This document shows positions 57,683 to 64,000 of a stretch of DNA of 64,000 nt, piece by piece. The position numbers were made by a program, and so were the translations under genes. Under the pieces are notes generated by a model. It worked only from the letters and a program-made list of their open reading frames with translations, ran no database searches and was not told the DNA's origin. Every line of letters starts with the position of its first letter. Position 1 is the first letter of the stretch. The stretch comes from an uncultured Candidatus Competibacteraceae bacterium (GTDB lineage: Bacteria; Pseudomonadota; Gammaproteobacteria; Competibacterales; Competibacteraceae): positions 3,698-67,697 of the forward strand of contig CAIRMO010000037.1 of assembly GCA_903879705.1 (NCBI GenBank). The letters run 5' to 3'.

Positions 57683-58615
57683 TCAGAGTCTTCCCTGTCT
57701 TGCGATGTGCCGATCTCCCTGAACCAACAGGGTCCCACTACGGCCCGGCACCGTCCCGGCAATGATGTCATGTTGGGGTAAGCCGCTGAAGTCCATCGTT
57801 CCGGCCAGCGTTCTTAATCCCCCCAAGCCATAACCCTGATGGCACCAACCCGTTAGCAACCGGTCGATAATCGATAAAAATTTCAGACCTTCCAGTTCAG
57901 CATGAAGGGTGAAAACATGACCGGTTGTTGGTGGGTTTTTAGTGAGTTCCAGCACTCGGTCAGCCACATTTTCCGGCGTGATGCCATCGATGCCAATCAG
58001 CTCATCAAGAGTTGGCAAAGTCGTTGGTAATTGCGGAATGCGAAGCACTTGACCATCAATCACCGGCAAAAATGGATAAGTTCCGCGTGAATCAGAACAC
58101 CAGTTAAAACCGAGTTCCTCAGTCAAGCGCAGCGCATGATCATTCATTTTCCAGCCCGCCGCACCATGCACCGTAGCCGGTTTGCCAAAAATCTCCGCAT
58201 AGCGATCCACCGCTTTTTGCATTTGCCGGGCAGTCCATTCCGCATCCGCTTGGGCGACCTCATCCTGCCAAAGCACATGATCCCAGCAATGAATCCCGGT
58301 TTCAAAACCGGCATCGCGGACTTGTCGCATGACGTGGCCTGCCCGCCGACCAATATCCGGGCCGGGCAACAGCGTTCCATACAGCAAGGTTTTCAGCCCA
58401 TAATGCTCAATAACCGACGTGCGTTTGACTTTGCCCAAAAAGCCGCTCTGGAAGATTCGCCGAATTGCCCAACCCGTATGATCGGGACCGAGACTGAATA
58501 AAAAGGTTGCATCAATTTGTCGTTGGCGAAACAGATCCCGCAATCGGGGAACGCCCTCCAAGGTCCCGCGCAGGGTATCAACATCAACCTTGAGCGCAAT
58601 CAATGGCGCGGTCAT
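57683..58615 (-). CDS. arnD: 4-deoxy-4-formamido-L-arabinose-phosphoundecaprenol deformylase (NodB-type polysaccharide deacetylase)
   Basis: 310 aa. The N-terminus LKVDVDTLRGTLEGVPRLRDLF...FLFSLGPDHTG parallels E. coli ArnD. It is the last gene of the arn operon. Confidence 0.83.
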   Translation of the reverse strand: MTAPLIALKVDVDTLRGTLEGVPRLRDLFRQRQIDATFLFSLGPDHTGWAIRRIFQSGFLGKVKRTSVIEHYGLKTLLYGTLLPGPDIGRRAGHVMRQVRDAGFETGIHCWDHVLWQDEVAQADAEWTARQMQKAVDRYAEIFGKPATVHGAAGWKMNDHALRLTEELGFNWCSDSRGTYPFLPVIDGQVLRIPQLPTTLPTLDELIGIDGITPENVADRVLELTKNPPTTGHVFTLHAELEGLKFLSIIDRLLTGWCHQGYGLGGLRTLAGTMDFSGLPQHDIIAGTVPGRSGTLLVQGDRHIARQGRL

Positions 58616-58617
58616 TT

Positions 58618-59661
58618 TTAGTCAACCAGATGGCCGGCTTCGGCGACATGAGTGCGGTAGGCTTCAAAAATCCGCCGCAGTGCATCATCCATTTTGACCG
58701 TCGGCTGCCAGTCCAAATCCGCGCAGGTATTAGCGATTTTTGGTACGCGCTGTTGCACGTCCTGATAACCCTTTCCATAATAATCCATCGAAGTGGTTTC
58801 AATCAATTTAACCTTTGCAGCATTGTCGCGATATTCAGGGTATTCCGCGGCCAACTCCAGCATCCGGGTTGCCAGTTCTCGCACCGACAGGTTATTGCAT
58901 GGATTACCGATGTTGTAAATTTTTCCAGTAGTTATGCCGTCCACATTGGCAATAATCTTGATCAAGGCGGCAATGCCATCATCGACATAAGTAAATGAGC
59001 GGCGCTGTTCACCGCCGTCTACCAGCTTAATCGGTTCACCCCGGGCAATCTGGCCAAGAAATTGAGTAATCACCCGTGAACTCCCCTCTTTTGGAGTGTT
59101 AATTGAATCCAGTCCTGCGCCAATCCAGTTAAAAGGCCGGAACAGGGTAAAATCCAGTCCCTGTTCCATGCCATACGCCCAAATAACCCGATCCATCATT
59201 TGTTTCGAGCAGGCATAAATCCAGCGTGGCTTGTTAATCGGCCCATAAACCAGTGGCGAATTTTCCGGATCAAATTCCGCGTCAGCGCACATCCCGTAGA
59301 CTTCGGAAGTTGAGGGAAACACCAGCCGTTTTCGGTATTTGACACAGGATCGCACGATCGGCAGATTAGCCTCGAAATCCAGTTCAAACACTCGCAACGG
59401 CTCACGCACATAAGTCGCCGGCGTAGCAATAGCGACCAGCGGTAATGCCACGTCACACTTCTTGACATGGTATTCAATCCACTCCCGATTGATGGTGATG
59501 TCACCTTCAAAGAAATGGAAACGCGGATGGCCCACTAAATCACGGATGCGGTCATCCTGCATGTCCATACCGTAAATTTCCCAGTCGGTATCGGCCAGAA
59601 TACGGTTAGACAAGTGATGACCAATAAAGCCATTGACGCCAAGAATCAGGACTTTTTTCAT
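58618..59661 (-). CDS. arnA: UDP-glucuronate decarboxylase/UDP-4-keto-pentose-forming dehydrogenase (stand-alone ArnA C-terminal domain)
   Basis: 347 aa short-chain dehydrogenase with VLILGVNGFIGHHL (Rossmann), STSEVYG and YACSKQ (YxxxK). Matches the ArnA dehydrogenase half. Confidence 0.86.
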   Translation of the reverse strand: MKKVLILGVNGFIGHHLSNRILADTDWEIYGMDMQDDRIRDLVGHPRFHFFEGDITINREWIEYHVKKCDVALPLVAIATPATYVREPLRVFELDFEANLPIVRSCVKYRKRLVFPSTSEVYGMCADAEFDPENSPLVYGPINKPRWIYACSKQMMDRVIWAYGMEQGLDFTLFRPFNWIGAGLDSINTPKEGSSRVITQFLGQIARGEPIKLVDGGEQRRSFTYVDDGIAALIKIIANVDGITTGKIYNIGNPCNNLSVRELATRMLELAAEYPEYRDNAAKVKLIETTSMDYYGKGYQDVQQRVPKIANTCADLDWQPTVKMDDALRRIFEAYRTHVAEAGHLVD

Positions 59662-59752
59662 GCGAACAAGAGTTCCAAATAGGGTCTGCCCTACACCAGA
59701 GTTACGTTATTTCTGGTGCAATGGGTGAACGAAAATTAAAATGACAATTAAT

Positions 59753-60121
59753 TCAATATTTTTGTCCAGTAATTACTGCAGTCCAGTAATTGCCCGGCAC
59801 ATACCAATCAGCCGTCCCATGATGAATGCGTGTCCCGTCTCTTGACAAACGACCGTAGTAAAGTTGCCGAAGTCCACGCCGGTATAATACTACTTGCCCA
59901 TCATCTATTGAGCGAAACTCAATAATATCATGTGCAATCCCTCCTGTAGCACTGTAAACCCATACAGCATCAAAGATGGGAGATCGCGGTCTTCGTGTCC
60001 AGGTACCCTCGTAAACACTGCCATCCGGCATATACTCGCGAACCCTCCAGACTCGACCTAAATCAAGCCCATTAACTTCGTAAGCAGAAAGAGGGCTAAC
60101 AAAAGTCAGCAACAGGCACAC
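59753..60121 (-). CDS. Hypothetical small exported protein interposed between the two arnA halves
   Basis: The ORF is open from 60166. The first canonical start is GTG at 60121, but a better signal peptide (AILNKHRSLTAVVCLLLTFVSPLSA) and GGAGGAG point to a start near ATC 60154. No recognised domain. Confidence 0.45.
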   Translation of the reverse strand: MCLLLTFVSPLSAYEVNGLDLGRVWRVREYMPDGSVYEGTWTRRPRSPIFDAVWVYSATGGIAHDIIEFRSIDDGQVVLYRRGLRQLYYGRLSRDGTRIHHGTADWYVPGNYWTAVITGQKY

Positions 60122-60182
60122 TACCGCCGTCAGCGAACGGTGTTTGTTTAAGATGGCTATCTCCTCCTAATCAAGGTTAATA

Positions 60183-61106
60183 TCAAACGAACCGCCACGG
60201 ACAAGGGCCAAGCTGATTCGTCAATTGCGCCGGAACCACTGAATCACCGGCTATATCCAGCGCCAAAATTTGCAAGGAGCCGCCACCCGCACAATGGGCA
60301 ATCAAGCGACTGTCGATTAATTCAAGCTGTGGCGTCAGCATCGTGTCGGTGTTTAATTCAACCCGCTGAGTACGCAGAATCCGCACCAATTGACCATTGA
60401 CCATAGTGAATGCGCCGGGATAAGGTGGAGCGACTGCCCGCACTAGATTATGAATCCGTTCTGCCGGCCAGTTCCAATCAATGCACCCATCTTCGGGCTT
60501 ACGCCCGGAGAAATAACGGCCTTGGCTTAAATCCTGAACGATGCGTGGCGCATTGCCAGCGATGAGCGCCGGCAAAACACGATACAAGGTTGATTCAGCG
60601 GCAAGAGTTACTTTACTAAAAACGTCTCCTGCGGTATCGTCCGGTAAAATCGGCACTGCGGTCTGATCAACAATATCACCAGCATCCGGCTTTTCAACCA
60701 TGTAATGCAGCGTTGCGCCGGTTTCAGTCTCACCGTGAATGATCGCCCAATTCACCGGAACCCGGCCACGATATTTTGGGAGCAATGAACCATGCATATT
60801 TAATGCACCCTGTGGCGCTATTGCCAGCAAGTCCATCGACAGCATTTTTCGGTAATAAAATGAAAACAGGAAATCGGGTTTTAAATCACGAATCCGCTGT
60901 AATAATTCCGGCGTATTGGGATCATCCGGGGTAATAGTGGGAATACCGTAATCGGCGGCAACTGCAGCGACACTGTCAAACCAGATGTACTCAGCGGGAT
61001 TATCCTCATGAGTGAAAAGGAGCGCCACATCGACGCCATGCGCCAGCAATGCCTTGAGACAGCGTACTCCGACATTATGATAGGCAAACACAACAGCACG
61101 GGTCAT
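60183..61106 (-). CDS. arnA: UDP-4-amino-4-deoxy-L-arabinose formyltransferase (stand-alone ArnA N-terminal domain)
   Basis: Trimmed to ATG 61106 (MTRAVVFAYHNVGVRCL). Contains the formyltransferase motif NMHGSLLPKYRGRVP. Confidence 0.86.
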   Translation of the reverse strand: MTRAVVFAYHNVGVRCLKALLAHGVDVALLFTHEDNPAEYIWFDSVAAVAADYGIPTITPDDPNTPELLQRIRDLKPDFLFSFYYRKMLSMDLLAIAPQGALNMHGSLLPKYRGRVPVNWAIIHGETETGATLHYMVEKPDAGDIVDQTAVPILPDDTAGDVFSKVTLAAESTLYRVLPALIAGNAPRIVQDLSQGRYFSGRKPEDGCIDWNWPAERIHNLVRAVAPPYPGAFTMVNGQLVRILRTQRVELNTDTMLTPQLELIDSRLIAHCAGGGSLQILALDIAGDSVVPAQLTNQLGPCPWRFV

Positions 61107-61110
61107 GGTT

Positions 61111-62058
61111 TTAGTTTTCCTCCTCGCGCTGTTCCAGAATTGTCTGGATATTAAAACGTGGCCGTTTGCGCACCTGCTGATAAATCCGTCCAATATATTC
61201 GCCCAACAGCCCAATGCCGAACAGCAAAATCCCCATCAGAAAAAAATTGATGGCAAACAGCGTAAAGAGTCCTTCCGCTTCCGGGCCAACCATGATCCGG
61301 CGGATCAGAAGAAATACCACGAATCCCGCTGAAGCTAATGACAGTGCAATACCAGCCAGCGAAAATATTTGCAACGGAGCTAATGAAAATCCAGTCACTA
61401 GATCGAAATTCAGCCGGATCAACTTGTACAGCGGATATTTCGATTCGCCGGCGGCTCGTTCAGCATGAGCGACGATCACTTCAGTCGGGTTGGCAGCAAA
61501 AGTATAAGCCAGCGCCGGGATATAAGTGCTGACCTCACGCGTCGCAACAACCGCTTTGACGATGTCGCGACTATAAGCCCGCAACATGCAGCCTTGGTCG
61601 GTCATTTTGATATGGGTAATCCGCTCGCGCAGCCGGTTCATCAGCTTTGAAGCGAGGTGCCGCCACAGACTATCCTCGCGGGTCTGGCGAATGCTGCCGA
61701 CATAATCATGGCCGTCATCCATCGCCGCTAACAACTTGCCAATTTCTTCCGGCGGATTCTGCAAATCAGCATCCAGCGTCACGACCCGCTCGCCCCGGCA
61801 ATATTCAAATCCAGCCATAATCGCTAAATGCTGGCCGTGATTGGCATTGAACAGAATAACTCGCGTTACGTCGGGCCGGGCCAAAAACTGGTTTTTGAGC
61901 AATGCCGCCGATCGGTCGCGGCTGCCGTCATTAATGAACAGCACCTCATAAGCACTCTTTAACCGGTCCAGCGCCGGATAAAGCCGGGTAAACAACGCCG
62001 GCAACATAGCCTCTTCGTTATAAACGGGAATAATCACCGATAACAACGGATCGTTCAT
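61111..62058 (-). CDS. arnC: Undecaprenyl-phosphate 4-deoxy-4-formamido-L-arabinose transferase (GT2)
   Basis: 315 aa with SVIIPVYNEE, FINDGSRD and DADLQNPPEE, plus two C-terminal TM helices. Confidence 0.9.
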   Translation of the reverse strand: MNDPLLSVIIPVYNEEAMLPALFTRLYPALDRLKSAYEVLFINDGSRDRSAALLKNQFLARPDVTRVILFNANHGQHLAIMAGFEYCRGERVVTLDADLQNPPEEIGKLLAAMDDGHDYVGSIRQTREDSLWRHLASKLMNRLRERITHIKMTDQGCMLRAYSRDIVKAVVATREVSTYIPALAYTFAANPTEVIVAHAERAAGESKYPLYKLIRLNFDLVTGFSLAPLQIFSLAGIALSLASAGFVVFLLIRRIMVGPEAEGLFTLFAINFFLMGILLFGIGLLGEYIGRIYQQVRKRPRFNIQTILEQREEEN

Positions 62059-63204
62059 TCAGCATTTCGCCTCTGTCAACACCTCATCCACTGCCACGCA
62101 CACTCGCTCGACATCAGCGCGGGTCATGGTCGGGAATAGCGGCAAGGTCACGGTTTCACGGGCTATTCGTTCGGTATTAGGTAACTCGCCTTCGCTGTGA
62201 CCGTCACTGCGAAACAGCGTCGTTAAATGTGCCGCTTCATAAGAAATCCCGGTGCCGATACCACGACTTTCCAGCGCAGCACGGAATTGTGAACGGTCAA
62301 TTCGTAACTGATCCAGCGGTAATAATGGCGCAAACAGATTCCAGCTATGACCTGACGCATCGCCGGGATAGCCTGGATGTGGCAACAGACAAGGTGGATC
62401 GGTCTGCAACAACTGAAAATAATCAGCAACCCATTCGCGGCGGCGACTATTGAATTCTTCGAGTTGCGCCAATTGACCAAGACCAATCCGGGCATTGACA
62501 TCGGGCAAATTGAACTTGCCGCCGGGAAAAACGACATCGCGGGTTCCATCCGGTAGCCGGGTAATCCCATGAAAGCGCAGTTTTTCCACTTCCAGCGCCT
62601 CGGCTTCGTCATTGATAACCAGCGCCCCGCCTTCAATCGTGGTCATATTTTTATTGGGATGAAAACTGAATACGATCAGGTCGCCAAAACTGCCAATTCG
62701 TCGCCCGCGCCAACTCGAACCCATCGCCAGCGCCGCATCTTCAATTACCCGCAACCCGTATTTACCCGCGATTTTATACAGCCGATCCATGTCCACTGGC
62801 AATCCACCAAAATGAGTCGGCATAATGGCTTTGGTGCGTGGGGTAATGGCGCGCTCCACCGCGTTAAAATCAAGATTGCGGCTGATCAATTCTACATCGA
62901 CAAATATCGGTCTCGCCCCCACCTTAGCGATCATGTTTGGTGCGGCAAAGAAAGTTTGCGCCGGGGTAATCACTTCATCACCGGGGCCAATTCCACATAA
63001 TTGCAATGCAACTTCCAGCGCCGCCGTCGCCGAATTGAGTACCCGGACCGGTCGATCGCCCAGATAAGTGCAAAGCGCTGCCTCGAATTGCTTAACTTGT
63101 GGTCCAGTCGTGATCCAGCCGGAACGTAAAACTTCAGTCACGCCATTAATCGTGTCTTCATCCAATGTTGGGCGGGCAAAGGGCAGATAGGGAATGGTTG
63201 CCAT
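62059..63204 (-). CDS. arnB: UDP-4-amino-4-deoxy-L-arabinose--oxoglutarate aminotransferase (DegT/DnrJ/EryC1 family)
   Basis: 381 aa with the FSFHPNKNMT PLP-lysine motif and an N-terminus (LPFARPTLDEDTINGVTEVLRSGWITTGP) like ArnB. Confidence 0.9.
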   Translation of the reverse strand: MATIPYLPFARPTLDEDTINGVTEVLRSGWITTGPQVKQFEAALCTYLGDRPVRVLNSATAALEVALQLCGIGPGDEVITPAQTFFAAPNMIAKVGARPIFVDVELISRNLDFNAVERAITPRTKAIMPTHFGGLPVDMDRLYKIAGKYGLRVIEDAALAMGSSWRGRRIGSFGDLIVFSFHPNKNMTTIEGGALVINDEAEALEVEKLRFHGITRLPDGTRDVVFPGGKFNLPDVNARIGLGQLAQLEEFNSRRREWVADYFQLLQTDPPCLLPHPGYPGDASGHSWNLFAPLLPLDQLRIDRSQFRAALESRGIGTGISYEAAHLTTLFRSDGHSEGELPNTERIARETVTLPLFPTMTRADVERVCVAVDEVLTEAKC

Positions 63205-63205
63205 A

Positions 63206-63577
63206 TCACGATCTCGTCAGTAGATAAACGCCGACAATAATGAAACCAATCCCGATCCAACGCCCGCTATTGAGCATTTCACCAAATAAATACCAGGCAG
63301 CAAAAGCATTAACGACATAGCCAATCGACAGCATGGGATAGGCAATGCTGACCGGAACGCGGGACAGTGCCAGAATCCACACTAACACACTGATTCCATA
63401 ACATGCGAAGCCACCCAGAAAATGGGGATTGGTAACAATCGCGCCGGACAGCGGTATCGCGTTGGACAAAGTAGGTGTAATGACCCCTAGCGTATTAGTC
63501 CCGGCCTTGAGCAGTAATTGCGCGACGGCATTAAGCAATACACCGGTCAGAATCAGCGCGAAACTGGCAGCGTTCAT
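63206..63577 (-). CDS. SMR/EamA-like small 4-TM protein, ArnE/ArnF-type undecaprenyl-phospho-Ara4N flippase subunit
   Basis: 123 aa with four hydrophobic helices, located between arnT and arnB. Only one such gene is visible. Confidence 0.7.
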   Translation of the reverse strand: MNAASFALILTGVLLNAVAQLLLKAGTNTLGVITPTLSNAIPLSGAIVTNPHFLGGFACYGISVLVWILALSRVPVSIAYPMLSIGYVVNAFAAWYLFGEMLNSGRWIGIGFIIVGVYLLTRS

Positions 63578-64000
63578 TGCCGGCTCACAATCACCCGGCG
63601 CGGGTCGCGGGCTAAAACACGCATCGGCAAGCCCTCAGCAGTAAACCGATCATAATTAGCCGGATTCATGAGCGCATAACCCCGCTCCAGGGCAATCCAA
63701 TATGGTTTCCAATCTTCAACCTGGGCAATGCCTTTCTCCGGTTCCGCATTCAGACCCAAGGCAAATTCATCAGTATATTGCACCAGCGTCACCGGGCGCT
63801 TGAGATAGAACGGCAGGGTCTGATCGTGCATTTGAATACTGTAGAACGGCAGGCTCCGGTCGAGTGGTCCCTGCGCGGCTTCAATCTCGCGGACGATGTG
63901 ATAAGTCGAGGACAACCGGGACTGGGTATCGTGACCGTCCATCGCCAGAATGCCCGCGGTCAGACTGCCCAGCGCCAGCGCGACGATGCCGGTCGAACGG
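63574..64000 (-). CDS. arnT: 4-amino-4-deoxy-L-arabinose lipid A transferase ArnT (GT-C/GT83), C-terminal part only
   Basis: The reverse frame is open from the window edge to the stop at 63574. It shows a last TM segment (GIVALALGSLTAGILA) followed by a soluble periplasmic tail. Assignment rests mainly on operon context. Confidence 0.65.
   Translation of the reverse strand, partial: RSTGIVALALGSLTAGILAMDGHDTQSRLSSTYHIVREIEAAQGPLDRSLPFYSIQMHDQTLPFYLKRPVTLVQYTDEFALGLNAEPEKGIAQVEDWKPYWIALERGYALMNPANYDRFTAEGLPMRVLARDPRRVIVSRQ

Overview
High-GC (about 60% by eye, not computed), gammaproteobacterium-like chromosomal window, called from manual reading of the sequence and ORF track without any homology search. 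Start codons are mostly re-picked inside the supplied ORFs and are approximate.

**Layout**
- 1-19.8 kb, minus strand: the N-terminal part of a PAS sensor gene, then a complete dcw/mra cell-division and cell-wall cluster. Order in the direction of transcription (descending coordinates) is mraZ(stub)-rsmH-ftsL-ftsI-murE-murF-mraY-murD-ftsW-murG-murC-ddl-ftsQ-ftsA-ftsZ-lpxC.
- 20-44 kb, mixed housekeeping and envelope genes: mpl, a hydrolase, a type-III P-type ATPase, a two-component pair, an HtrA protease, an RlpA-like protein, small lipoproteins, a patatin/Omp85 type-Vd protein, cytochrome c' and b561, leuA, an AraC regulator, tatD, tcdA, corA, pncC and thpR.
- 44-54.8 kb: recA-recX-[AT-rich islet]-alaS-lysC-csrA-tRNA-Ser-tRNA-Arg.
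- 54.8-64 kb, minus strand: an integrase scar, iscA-like and IscU-like genes, cysE, a decayed PP2C/anti-sigma kinase gene, and a lower-GC arn (L-Ara4N lipid A modification) operon with a split arnA.

**Most notable**
1. A Tat-signal Gly/Trp/Asn repeat protein (10 W-x-N triplets and a GGGW x4 run) sits directly upstream of a protein with a SPASM-like Cys motif but no radical-SAM CxxxCxxC. This could be an undescribed RiPP-like pair.
2. recA carries a 360-aa Hint plus LAGLIDADG intein.
3. A roughly 2.9 kb AT-rich islet splits the conserved recX-alaS junction. It contains an FGE-sulfatase gene whose two halves join by a -1 shift at an in-phase A_AAA_AAG / A9 site.
4. mraZ is reduced to a 54-codon stub, while a near-consensus promoter and GTGG(G/C) repeats persist.
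5. Several intergenic repeat families occur: a 130-bp hairpin element (one copy inside the dcw operon), a 49-bp double-hairpin repeat, and AAAGGT(T/C) heptamer arrays.

No CRISPR array, rRNA, intact transposase or recognisable defence gene was seen.
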